Positions 24,329 through 36,600 are shown, counted from the whole stretch's first letter. The stretch is DNA of 63,553 nucleotides, filler included, from Thelocarpon superellum (GCA_026025795.1; 2 parts of 2 records of this genome joined end to end with filler, not necessarily neighbours in it), one strand, 5' to 3'. Notes: generated by a model from the sequence alone, not told the origin. A program made the numbers and translations.

Positions 24329-26833
24329 GACCCTTGTTATCCGCAGACAACTTTGCCGCGTGGGGTAGTGTTAAATTCTACGTGCAGTCGGTGCAGCCGA
24401 TGCGACCGGGTCCAGCTCTCGCCTCCCTGCACGAGGTGGCCATTGCAGCGGTAGCTTCGGTGGCGGTGCCGACCCTGACACTGTTCCGTCGACTCCCCAA
24501 CGAGGGAGGGGACGGGGACGAGTACTCGTACACGTACCCCTCCACGCACGAACGACGTCCTGCTTTCTTAGGCGCGCCATCTGCCGAGGGTACTTCGTAC
24601 AAGGTCTCGACCAAGTTTTACGAGGGCGCACGGAACCTGCTTCCCCTCGCATTTTGTCCACGGGCCTGACGCATCGGCACGCAAGCGCGCAGCGGGACCC
24701 GGCTGACTCGTCCAAATTTCGCTGTGCCGGAAGACACATGTCACATGGCTCCGGTCGACGCACCGCATCGTCGCCCGCTCGCCGCTCGCCGCTCGCCGCT
24801 CGCCCTCGACCAAGTCTGGTACCGTGCGTGAACGAGGGCCGGTCAGGTCGGCTCCAGCCAATCAGCGGCCGTAGCGGGGATACGATGCACCTCGCCCACC
24901 AGCCGGCTCACGGTCGCCAGCGAATCTGAGGGCAGGAGGGGCATAAGCTCGGAACCCCCTCAGCTGAACCAAGCTGACTAGCCGGGATCTACGTCAAGCG
25001 GGACCGCGACGACTGGACCGCAGCGATCCATGACGGGCTCTAGAATCTCATCCCTTCCCAGCATCCGCGATGGGATGTGGTGCGATGCCCAGCTTTGGCA
25101 TCTGTGTGGTCCGCGGCGTCGCACCTTTCGAGGTGCGTGCCATGGCGAGCTGGAATGGCGCTGCAGGCGTCGGACCACACAGGTCGGGTCCCTCGCCGTC
25201 AAGTCGAGTGTCTAGTGGTACCCCGGATTTCCCTCGTCCCGTCCGCCAGGCTCGTCGCGATGCAGGAACTTGCGCGACCACCTGAGACGGGTCCACGATG
25301 TTTCAACCCGATGGCACACGCACCCCTCGACCGCGCCCTGGGACCATGGGTCCCGGCACTGGCGCAGACGCGACGAGCGGGACGAAGAGAGAAGGAGGAT
25401 GCGTCACCTGCGACGGGGATGACGGAAGGTGCGGAGAATGGGGCGGAGGCCGATGACGGCGACTCGTCAGATGGGAGACGCGGCGCATGCCCAAGGGAGG
25501 CGATTATCGCGCTTTCGCAAACCAAGGGTGCCCTGGCTTTGCCGACGACGCCCGTCTGACCTCAACGTGCATCGCGGCGGTCTCGTGGTCGGGGGGCCGG
25601 AGGGAGTATTTGGTCGTTCACTCGCTCGCTCGCTCGCTCCGCCTCCTACGGCCGTCTTGGTTGGGGGGTTGGATCCAGACCAAGAGGCCGATGGCACGGT
25701 CGTGCAATTTCTCCTGCGCAACCTAATCTGAGGTCGCTGAGGCTCGTCGCGAACCAACGGCCAGCAGGCGCACGTGTAAGAGGCAAGCGTGCTATAGCTT
25801 CATGTCTCGTTGGTCGGAGGGGGGCGGCGTGGTTGGCCGGGGGCATGTGGTGAGTGGCTGGTCGCGCAATGCGCACTGCAGCCCGCACGTCCGCGAGCCA
25901 TCGGACAATGCCATCGCACGACGATCCTCGTCGTCCTGACGTCCGCGCGCCGACGCCAACGTCGTCGCCGACCGACTCAGCCGGGCGTGAGGGTTCGTTG
26001 GGGGCAACGGCGACGCCAGGGAAGGGCAGGGCGAGGGAAAGGATCTGATTCTGGATGGGCGTGCATTGCGCCGTCGCATCCTCCGGGGCAAGATGCCACT
26101 CCCGACTTGGTCGCCTGCGTTGCTTCGCCCCACCCAGTCGATACTAGGAGCACGAGTACTCTCTCGACCCACCACTCGACCCTGCACGCCCGACGCCGGA
26201 CGACTAAGCTCGACCACCGCCTCGGTCGGCGCGCGCGCTCGCGCTCGCGCTCGCGCGCACACGCCTGCGCAAGGGCCAGGACGCGGACCGGGTGAGACCA
26301 GCGTCACCTGCAACTTGCGACTGCAGATGCACGCCAGCCTGCTTCGCCTAACGTCGGTGCGCCCGCTGGGGCGGATGAGGGTCGAGTAGGAGGGAAAGGT
26401 GGTGGTGGTTGTGGTAGAGTCGTAGTGGGTCGCACTGCTGGTGAGCCGAACGGTGCGCCGGCCCCCCCGTACCGCCCGTTCGCCGTCCGCCGTCCGCCGT
26501 GCCATCCGCCGTCGCCTCTCGCTTTTCTCCGGTCCGGGCTCGCTCGTGCGCGCGCCGCGTTCGTTTGCTGGGCGTTTCGCATAAGTTCGACCTCACCCCC
26601 GCCGGAGAGCTTGTTTGTCCCACCTTCACGCCTCGATCCTTCTTTCCCCCCCTCTCCGCCTCGCCCATAATACAATACCTTCTTTCCTCCCACTTACCCC
26701 TCCATTTCTTCTTCTTTAGAGGCACGCATATAATCCCCGCATCCCCCCCTCCCGTCCGAAAGCTCCGTGCCAATTCCCATTGTTTTCTCTTTGTCAAGCC
26801 CCCTCCGTCGCGACCCACCACGGATCACACGCT

Positions 26834-27874
26834 ATGCCCACCAACCTACTGCCGGCCTCGGCGGCCGCCTTCGCCCCTCGGTCACCGCCCACCGTCGTGT
26901 TGAACGCCAAGGTTGAACCCTGGTTGACGGCGACGCTCAAGCGCACGAACCGCGTCAAGCGCCCGCTCAACAGTTCGCCGCAGCACATGCGATGCTTGAC
27001 CGAGACGCTCTCGGGGCCGTCGGCCATCTGGACGCTGTGCTCGCTCATGCTGGAGAAGGCGCCGAACGCGGAGCTGCGCAAGGACGCCAACCCCTTGGTG
27101 GAGGCCTTGTTCAACTATCAACTCATCCACGTCGAGGCCTACGTCGTCCACGTCGACCTGGTGCTGCAGAATGAGGTGGCCTTCAAGCTCACGCCCGAGT
27201 CGATCGACGCGCTCGTCGAGTATCACAAGGACGTCTACTCGGTCGACGCGGCCGCGCGCACACATGCATGGTCGGAGAAGGAGACCCAGCTCAAGTCGCT
27301 CCACGAGGACTTTGTGCAGGCCATCAATCGCTTCGTCTTTCGCACCAACGCCTTGGCCTTGGAGGGCATGGAGGAAGACGGCGCCGGCGAGCTGCTGTGC
27401 GGGCGGAGCGAGGAAGTCAAGCAGGCCGTCCTGGCCCTGTTTGTCCCGCTCCTGCCGCCGCCACAGCGTCTCGTCGAGGTCAGTCGTCCGCCGATGCTGC
27501 TGCCGAGCTCGCCGTCGCCGAACATGGGGAACTGGTGGTCACAGTCGATGTTGCTGCCGTCGCAACCGGCGCCAATGGACACGTGGAAGGTGATTCCCGC
27601 CAGCCCGACGACGACGGCGTCGTCGGCCGAGTCGCAATCGTCCATGTGGGCCCACATGCCGCTCAGCGATACGCAGCTGGTCTCGCCGACTCCTTCCTAC
27701 ACCCAGCCCTTCTGCACGTCGAGCCAGTTCTACAGCGCGCCGCAGACCATGGCGCCGATTCCACAACTGTCCCTGCCTCTGCCCAGTCTGCTCGCGCAAC
27801 AACATTGCAGCACGAGCGCTGGCTTTGGCGGGTTCGGGTGGGATCGGTATCAGGAGTACACGGCCATCATCTAG
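26834..27874 (+). CDS. Conserved-looking fungal hypothetical protein (intronless, 346 aa)
   Basis: MPTNLLPASAAAFAPRS...VEPWLTATLKR...IHVEAYVVHVD...AFKLTPESIDALVEYHKD...FVQAINRFVFRT, then a Pro/Ser-rich tail. Strong GC3 bias. Confidence 0.82.
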   Translation: MPTNLLPASAAAFAPRSPPTVVLNAKVEPWLTATLKRTNRVKRPLNSSPQHMRCLTETLSGPSAIWTLCSLMLEKAPNAELRKDANPLVEALFNYQLIHVEAYVVHVDLVLQNEVAFKLTPESIDALVEYHKDVYSVDAAARTHAWSEKETQLKSLHEDFVQAINRFVFRTNALALEGMEEDGAGELLCGRSEEVKQAVLALFVPLLPPPQRLVEVSRPPMLLPSSPSPNMGNWWSQSMLLPSQPAPMDTWKVIPASPTTTASSAESQSSMWAHMPLSDTQLVSPTPSYTQPFCTSSQFYSAPQTMAPIPQLSLPLPSLLAQQHCSTSAGFGGFGWDRYQEYTAII

Positions 27875-29358
27875 CAACGACAGGCTGCATCTCGGTCGAG
27901 GCCGGCGGCGGCGACGACCAATCTCCCTCCTCTCCACTCCGCGGGCGGCGCCTAGTGCCACTTAGCGACTTGCTTTCCACCTTTCCTTCTTTTTCGCGCA
28001 CGAGCCGGCTTCGTTCGACGACGACGACAACCCTCGACGGGTTTTTGAAATATGTAATTTCCTTGGTGCTTTTCCCGCCGTGCTTGTCTGGTCTTTGTCT
28101 TGTGTCGTACTTTAGCAAGCGTTGCTTTTATGGGATGGGTCATGTCTATGTTTGCATCTTTGATTCTCCTTTTCATTCTCACCGCTAGACGGTTTTGTTA
28201 TTGGGTATGTCCCCTCACCTTGTACACCCACCCGCTTGACCCTCTTCCTACGATCGTCGTCATGACCATCATCGACATCGACATCGACATCGACATCATC
28301 ATCCATCATCCATCATCCTCTCTTGACGAGACGACATGACATGACCCGAGACGAAAACGACACGATGGGAGATGCGAAGGCGCGAGCAGCAAAGTAAGGA
28401 TCCGGCATCCCTACCGCTCGCGACGACGATTCGATCTAGGAAAGAAGAGGGAGAAGAGGCGCGTTACGCAAGGGAGAAGAGAGACCAAAGGGGCGGACGA
28501 CTGTCATGCGTATGCGAAGCCATCATTCCGACTCGGAAAGAGGAAAGAAGAAAGAAAGAAAGAGACGATGCAGCAATGCAAAGGGGACGAGCAGTGGAGG
28601 GTGAAAGGACGCGAGAATGTTTTCGTTTGGTCACACACACACTCTGCGCAAGCAAGCACGCTGTGCACCACATTGCACAGCTGGATCTGTGCTCGACTCC
28701 AACAGAGAGCGGAAGGAAGGTGAGGGAGAATCGAGGGGCTGGACCCAACCGCTGGAGGAGAGACAAGACGAACGTCATCTGGAATGTGTTTGATTGTCTG
28801 GATGCGATGGGATAGGATGGGCGACGACGCTGGAAGGGAAGAAGAGGAGAGGAGAAGGGAAGGGGGAAACAAGGAGAGCAGGACCTCTACCACCGCCCCC
28901 AGATGTACTTATCCACCACGCACCAACCCACTCACTTCATGCACGACCCAAATCCAAATAAATAACCAAATAAAGAATAAGATCGCTCCTCGCTCTTCGT
29001 CTGAAGCCCACACTCTCAAGCCGTGAGACGTAAGTACTTAGACCGACTAAGTTGTCTACAAGGCATCACCCAACATGGGCGTGTACAACCGAGTCACGTG
29101 GTCTTGAAGACCCTGAGAAACGTAGCGAGTGAGTCGACTATTTTTTGGATGGCCTCGGCCACTCTGCTGACAAGCAAAATAGGAGTCGGCGATGTCCGTA
29201 GATTAGGCGAGATGGCTTCTGTCCTTTCATCCCTCTACGCACGGCTAAGTAGTAGCACCACTCCTACTGACTACTGTAGTACCGTAGTACTGTAGTAACA
29301 CAGTACTAGTAGTACTATGTGTTATGAAGTGCATGGTGCATAATGCAGACTGCTCATA

Positions 29359-31375
29359 GGAGTAGCTATGGTCAATTCTGTACAACCACCAATTCTGTAC
29401 AGCATTGTGAACCCCCCCACAGTGACCTAGGATCAACCACCATGCCACACAGAATGGAGCAATCAGCTCAAGACTCTGAGAGCCTCATCCAGGAGGCCTA
29501 TAACACATATAACACAGGTCAATTTGCATCCCTTTGCCAGGCTGTGGCCTATTACCACACTCCTTACCACCAGCTCCTAGGACATGCCAATGGTGACCAA
29601 CCACAAGCTCTGAACAGCAGGCACAATCAGAAGCTCTCAAGACCTCAGGAGGAAGCACTCAAGGTGTCAATCAATTGATTGATCAGGGCTGGCTTTCCTC
29701 CACAGCTGGATATCATCTATGGATACACCAACAAGCTCCTTGCTAAGTTGAATCATATAGAAGACAACACCACACTGTCTGTTGGCATCAATTGGGCTAA
29801 TTGCTTCATCAAGCATCATCCAGAGTATATGACAACACCAAGTCAACCTCTGGATAGCATATGTGCTAACTGTACTGACAGGAACCACATCAACAAGTGG
29901 TTTCAGCAATTCCAGGACATCATATAGGAGTACAGTGTTGTGGAGGACAATATATGAAACATCAATGAGACAGGCTTCCTCAGTGGTGTTGCTAGACATA
30001 TGAGAGTTGTCTGCCATTCTGGCTCAAAGAAGTGCTAGGCATTGGTGACACAGCCTAGCACCTGTACATAGATAACAGCTGTTGAGTGTATCTGATCTGA
30101 TGGCTCTGTTCTGCCTCTGCTAATCATCATGCCTAGCCAACAACACCCTGCAATGTGGTATTCACACAAGGCCAACCTTCCAAGTAACTGGATGATAGTG
30201 ACATCACCCAAGGGCTGGACCACAGACACCATCACCATTGAATGGCTCAAATCGATATTCAACTACTTCACAAAGGATAGCGCCCATGGCTGATATCGAC
30301 TGCTACTGATGGATGGCCATGGTAGTCATGTCACCCCAGACTTCATGATCAAGGCCTGGGACCTTGATATCATCCTGGTTTGCCTACCACCCTATACAAG
30401 CCACCTACTACAGCTATTGGACATCAGTTGCTTCTGGCCCTACAAGCACTACTACACCTATGCTGTTGACAATGCTGTGCAACATGGCAACAAGGCTATT
30501 GACAAGGTGCAATTCCTGTCAATCCTGCCATGTGTTTGCTAGCAAGCTTTCACCAAATCGAATGTGAAGTCAGCCTTCTAGAAGACAGGCATTGTGCTAT
30601 ACAATCCAGATGTTATACTGCAGCAATTGAACAAAGCCTCACAACCTGCTACACCTCTGATTGATGACAACAACAACAACAACAATAGCCCTTCCACCCT
30701 ACTACTCCAGACCCCTACAACACTACAGCAGATCAAACAACATGCAGAGGCCTTGCTACTGGCTGTGGAACCTGTTGACAACATTCCTCACCTTCCAGAG
30801 GTGTTGCTGAAGCTTGTACAGAGTGCTGAGCAGTTGATGTCACACACAATACTAATGGAATCAGAGCTGGACAACCTCTGCCAGTCAATCAAGGAATGGG
30901 TGCAATGTTCCACACATTGCTGGACTGTTCTACAGCATGGAGAGTTGCTCTGTGTTGAGGAAGCACAGGAGCTCATTTGACAGAAAGAGCTGGAATGTGA
31001 GGAAGAGGCTGTACAACAGCAGAACTAGGAAGGTCAACACCAGCAACAACAGGATCTCAAGCTACAGGTGTCAATCACAAAGGATGAGTGCAAGAAGTGT
31101 CAGCTAGAGGTCAAGGCAGCAAAGGAAGAGGCCTCAAATAGCCAACAAGTGAGTTAGACAATAGGGACAGAAGCAATATCAGAGGCTACAGATGATGAAG
31201 AAGTGGCCCAATTGGATCAAAACGACTTTGAATCGAGTTACCAGTCTATAGACCCTTCTCTCCTAGCTATCTAATGTATCTACTTTGCAATTGTGTTGTC
31301 AATCTGATCTGTAGGCCTCCTGACCCCGATTCTGTACGGAATTGGTGGTTGTACGGAATTGACCGTAGCTACTCC
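29359..31375 (+). mobile_element. Full-length but inactivated Fot1/pogo-type (Tc1/mariner superfamily) DNA transposon
   Basis: ~44-bp TIRs GGAGTAGCTAYGGTCAATTCYGTACAACCACCAATTCYGTACAG at 29359-29402 and inverted at 31332-31375. TA target duplication at 29357-58 and 31376-77. Length 2017 bp. Confidence 0.93.
29442..31274 (+). pseudogene. Fot1/pogo transposase pseudogene (HTH + DDE_1)
   Basis: One reading frame with many in-frame stops. Motifs VGINWANCFIKHHP, NINETGF (catalytic D lost), KGWTT, LLLMDGHGSH, CLPPYTSHLLQLLDISCF, F*KTGIVLYNPD. Confidence 0.9.
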
Positions 31376-31752
31376 TACAGGATCAAAATTGGGCGCACAT
31401 CGCCCAACGTCTCACGATGAAGCTTCGCCGAGTCCGTGTGCCCACCGCTCCTCATGCAATTGCATTGTACTGCGTTTCAGGCCTCTGGCATGAACTGCAG
31501 CGCGCCACGATTGTACAAGGAATGCGCAAGACCGCGAGGGAGGATCGATGCTGTAGCCGTCTCAGCCACCCTGATCTCTATGCGAAGCATGAAACAGGCC
31601 GGGCAAACACCAAGGACAGGACAGAACAGATCGGCGGTACGCTGAGCACAGATGCCTCGTGCAAGGCAAGATGTCAATGTCTACATCGTCCATGAACAAG
31701 TAATGCATACCATACGCTCTTTGCTATTTCTGGCCACTCCAAGGCTGTCCAT

Positions 31753-31852
31753 NNNNNNNNNNNNNNNNNNNNNNNNNNNNNNNNNNNNNNNNNNNNTTAA
31801 TTAATTAANNNNNNNNNNNNNNNNNNNNNNNNNNNNNNNNNNNNNNNNNNNN
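31753..31852. other. Artificial scaffold/contig linker
   Basis: 44 N + TTAATTAATTAA (stops in all six frames) + 44 N = exactly 100 nt. Confidence 0.97.
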
Positions 31853-32619
31853 CAACGCCTGTGTTGGGACGTTGATGGTGCTGTGCGATACCTTCCGCGA
31901 CACTCGGTGGGAGCTTTTGCACGAAGCGGCAAACCTGCTGACGAATTGTGTCAACAAACTCTACGGAGCGGCGTGAGGATGAGCGATGAGCGATGAGGGA
32001 TGAGCGGTGGCGGTGGCGGTGGCGGTGGCGGTGGCGGCGTGTAGCGAATTTAGCGACGGGGCAGGCGTGGAAGTCTCTCGGCGAGGCCATGGTGATTGCC
32101 TCGCGCGTGTCCTCTTGTCTCTCCTTGTTACCCCCCTTCTCCTTGACCGCTCCGCAATATCTCGATCGTTCTCCGTTGGCACGTCGTCCTTTCTTTTTGC
32201 GTACTCCGAACAAAAGCGCGAAGGCCCGAGGACAGTGGTTCGGTGACGTGGCCTTGGTGCCACGAATGAATGTAGAGATACTATGTAAATCTAACCATGC
32301 AGAAGTAATCGTCCGGCCCTGCAAGAGTGATGCTGCAATGGGGGGACACAGCTGGATCCCGAGAGCGTGGGGGCGCTCCCAGGGTAATTTGCTCGGAAAA
32401 TCGTTTCGCCGCGCGCAGTCCGGCTGGGTGCAGGTGCGGCATCTTCCGTGGCCTGCGCGCCACGCAACCGACCAGGTCCATTTCCCGTCCACGCCTTCGT
32501 CCGCGTCCTCAACCACGTCCGCGTCGGTGTGGCATCCCACCTCTGGCTGCTCGGTCTTGGTCGATGCGAGAGACGAGGGGGACCATACATAGATGTGATA
32601 GCTCCAGATCGCCGTCAAC

Positions 32620-33326
32620 ATGCCGCCTGCTCGTCCACGTGGCGTGGCCGAGGATCTTCGGACCGACGCGTCCAGCGGTAAAGAGCGACCGGCGGCGGCG
32701 GGTGCTCCCATGCCGGCGACGAAACATCGTCGTAGCGGGCAAGCATCGGCCGCGATCCCGGGGAGCTCGCTCAAAGACGTCGCTGCAGTGGATGACACAC
32801 CTGATGGCCTCTCGGCCGGCAACGGGAACGGGAACGGGAACGGCACCGCGCACGACGCCAACGGCGGGGTACGTGATTGGCACCCAGCATCGCCGAGCGC
32901 CGTGCGAAGAGCTTCATTGACCCTGCGTCGACGCAGATCATCTGGCCTACGCTGGACACCTCAGTCCTCCACGCCTATCGACACGCCTATCGCCTCTCCA
33001 CGCCGTCCGCATTCAGCACGGCGTTCAACCAAATCGTGCTCTCTAATCCGGGCATCGGTCGGCTCTCCCCGACCATGGCCCGGCGTGCCGACCGACGGCG
33101 GGTCAGCAAAGAGCAGCTGGCGCTCTCGGTGCGCAAGAACTTTAATGGCCTCGGCATCACAGAGGGCGAGGTTGTGGTGGACTTTCTCTACAAGGTTCGC
33201 TGGCAAGGTACACCTCTTCCCTCGTCTCTCGACCTGACTCGACCGTGGGTGGTGCTGATCCTTGCTCATTTTCTACCAGACAAGAACTTCCGCATGCGTT
33301 TCGCACCGTCCCGCAATGGCCGATGA
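32620..33326 (+). CDS. SAP30: Sin3/Rpd3 HDAC complex subunit SAP30 (Sin3-binding domain)
   Basis: LHAYRHAYRL...KEQLALSVRKNFNGLGITEGEVVVDFLYKV...FRMRF. Introns 32869-32936 and 33208-33279. Confidence 0.85.
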
Positions 33327-33479
33327 TCCGGACGCTGGCGGCTTGTGTGGGGTGCCAACGGTGTTCTGTGTCCTTGAAAGTGTTCACCAAAGCACTCGGA
33401 TGGGATCAGTGTGTAGCGATAGCGATTCAGGTCCAGGTTAGTGATAGCGGATTCCTGTCATTGCAGGAGATCCGCGAAT

Positions 33480-33536
33480 TAGTAACAACTCGTGCCTACT
33501 AGTAACAACTCGTACCTACTAGTAACAACTCGTACC
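33480..33536. repeat. 20-bp tandem repeat, ~2.9 copies
   Basis: Unit TAGTAACAACTCGTRCCTAC, downstream of the SAP30 stop. Confidence 0.9.
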
Positions 33537-33937
33537 GTTCATAGTGGTGTTGAAGAAAACATAGGATGTAGCAGTGGATCGAAACGTCGAGAGGTGTTTC
33601 TCGTGCTTTCTCGCTAACAACGTGCCGGCTAATGGATGTGCACGGGGGGCTCTGGCGAGTAGGGAACGCACGAGATACGCATACCTAGGCGAAACAACCA
33701 ATCAGCGAGTACGATGAGATAGTTATGACGAGAAAAAAGTTCCATCATCCGTCCGTGGTATATCCCGTCAATCCGTCAATCCGTCACCACTTCGCCCAAC
33801 CCTTCCGATCACGATGGGAAGCTTCATCGCCCAATCGACTCATCATCCGCCGTGCGGACAGAGACGTCTCTTCTAACGTCCGAAGCTCTATCTTCGCCGC
33901 TGATCCAGTCGTCGCCCGGGGCCGATTCGTGGCAACG

Positions 33938-35739
33938 ATGAGTCGAACAGGCCTCAGCCTGTCCTTCAACGCCCTGTCACCGATCCGCGCCTTGCATCCC
34001 TCACACCACTCTCACAGCATCTCGAGTGGCTTCACACAGAAGTCTCGGACCAGGACGCTCTGTCTCGCCATCGTCGGCTCTAAGCGTCCCGGGTTATGGC
34101 AGGCCCAACCCGGGAGAAGGCGGATACCGGACGTGCCCCGGCGAGTAGGTGGTCCAGAACCCGACAGATGACGTGCCAGTCCACTAAAAATGCTTCCGGC
34201 AGCTCTTCTCCGCTTCGTCGGCCTCGTGGGCGACCAAAAATCCCTACAGCGTGCTGGGCGTGGACAAGGGTGCCACAGCCGCGGACATCAAGAAAGCCTA
34301 TTACACGCTCGCCAAGAAGTATCACCCAGACACCAACAAGGATGCCGGCTCCAAGGAGAAGTTTGCCGAGGCGCAGGCGGCCTACGAGATCCTCTCAGAC
34401 GCCAAAAAGCGAGAAACGTGGGATCAGTATGGTGCGGCAGCCTTTGACCAGGGGGCGGGATATGATCCGTCCAGCGGTGGGGCGGGACCAGGGGCCGGCG
34501 GGCCATTCAGTGGTGCCGCAGGGGCGGGGGGATTCCAAGGCGGTTTTGGTGCGGACTTCTCCTTTGAAGACCTCTTCAGTGCGTTTGGCGGCGGTGGACG
34601 ACGCAGTCGGGGTTCGCGCAACACGCCCTTCCAGGAAGAGGTCCTGGTGGGCGAGAACATCGACGTGCAGACCAATATCTCCTTCATGGACGCCGCCAAA
34701 GGCCGAACGCTCAATCTTAACATCACGCCGCTGGTGCAGTGTAAGACGTGCGCCGGCAGCGGGCTGAAAAAGGGCACGAAGCGGAGCGAATGCAAGCGAT
34801 GCGGCGGCAGTGGCACGCGAGTGCACTTCATGCAAGGCGGCTTTCAGATGGCGTCGACCTGCGACGCCTGCGGTGGGCAAGGCGTCGTCATCCCCGCGGG
34901 TGGCGCGTGTGGGTCGTGCGCAGGCAACGGGGTGGTGCGCGAACGGCGGACGGTGTCGGTCGATATCCCCGCCGGCGTGGAGGACGGGATGAGGATCCGC
35001 GTATCGGGCGAGGGCGATGCGCCGCCGACGGGCACCGCCACCAATCCTCTTGCCCGCGCGGCCCGGGGGGATCTCTACGTCTTCATCCGCGTCGCGCCGG
35101 ATGCCAAGTTCAGCCGACAGGGTGCCGATGTGCTCTACACAGCCTCGATCCCGCTGACGACCGCGGTACTGGGTGGCGAGGTGACCATTCCGACCTTGGA
35201 TGGTGAGGTCAAGGTCAAGGTGGCCACGGGCACCGCCACCGGCGAACGCATCGTCATGTCCGGCATGGGCATGTCACGGCTCGGAGGCCGGCGGGGTGCC
35301 CTCGGCGACCTCCGAGTGGAGTTCAAGGTGATGATGCCCAAGTATCTCAGCGCCAACCAACGCGCCATCGTGGAGATGTTGGCGGACGAAATGGGCGACC
35401 CGACGGCCAAACGAATCATGAACGTCGGCAAAGCGAGGTGAGGAGGTCCCGTGTCAGATGACGGTCGTGTCCATGCCCATAACTCATTGCCCTCGTAGCG
35501 CCTCGCCGTCGTCGGCCTCCCCTCCTCCCGGCTCGTCCCCAGGGAGTGCGAACAAACCAGAGGGGTTTCTGCGCTCCGCCTGGCACAAGCTCACCGACAA
35601 CGTCACGCCCCATGACCACCCTGCGGGATCCAACGGTCCTCAAGCCGACGCAAAAGGGGAGAGCGAGACACGGCGGAGTGATGCCACCTCCGCGGACGAC
35701 GAGGTGCCCAAGCGGGCCTCTGGCTCCGGCTCCGGATAA
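33938..35739 (+). CDS. MDJ1: Mitochondrial type I DnaJ co-chaperone
   Basis: Arg/Ser-rich presequence, J-domain with HPD, G/F region, four CxxCxGxG repeats, C-terminal domain. Introns 34145-34202 and 35438-35498. Confidence 0.9.
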
Positions 35740-35990
35740 TCAGCAGCGATATTCGACGTTGAGACGCTTGACCCCACTCATCGACTTGTGAGATACCTAG
35801 AAGGGGCTGGAGTTTCTGTCAAGCGTTGCGTTTGACTGCGAGATTGGGTTGTATCTTTCACCTTGTACAGTAACATAACGACACTGGCCACATGTAGCCT
35901 CCAAATATGACCCTCCTCCGCCTGACTGGCCCTGCATCCTAGTCAGTCCCAATTTGCGCTCTTTCTGTTCGTGAACGGACGGACCGCGGC

Positions 35991-36600
35991 CAGTATGCCA
36001 CCGACGACGTCACCATCGGCATCACGCACAGTACGTCGTAGGCCGAGGGCCTAAATCCGGACACCTTCATCGCCAGGTTCCCGGCCGTCTTCACGGGCTA
36101 CTACCTGGGCTTCTCGGCTCGGGCCTTCCTCGATGGCTCTCACTTTACCCCCGTCACCCTGAAGGCCCACAAGCGCAACACCGTGGGGACGGTGAAGCTC
36201 CGGTCTGATGATCCGCGCGACATGCCCAACATCACCTCCAAGTACTTCGAGACGGGCACCAACGGCCACGGCGAGGCGTCCAACGATCGGACCGCCCTCG
36301 CCGAGGGCGTTGAGCTCTCCCGTAAGATTATGCAGTCGCTCCCGGCTGGCTCTTACGAGGAGGTCTGGCCCAGCCCCTCTACGAAGAGGCCGCAAGACTT
36401 AGGGGACTGGGTGGAGCAGGAGGCGTGGGATCAGCACGCGTCGTGCAGCTGCCCCATCGACGCCGCAAGCGATCCCATGGCCGTCTTGAACTCGGAGTTT
36501 CGCGCGCGCAGTGTCACCGAACCCGGGCTACTTCATCGTCGTGCCGATCTACATCTTGGGCGAGAAGGCGGCGGACGTGATCATGGACTACGCAAAGTCG
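35991..36600 (+). pseudogene. GMC oxidoreductase C-terminal fragment
   Basis: LKAHKRNTVGTVKLRSDDPRDMPNI...EAWDQHASCSCPI...DPMAVLNSEFR, then a frameshifted PGYFIVVPIYILGEKAADVI. In-frame TAG at 36039; no N-terminal FAD-binding half. Confidence 0.82.

Noticed and set aside
31797..32861. 354-aa minus-strand ORF
   Set aside because: Runs through the N gap into the artificial linker and is antisense to SAP30.
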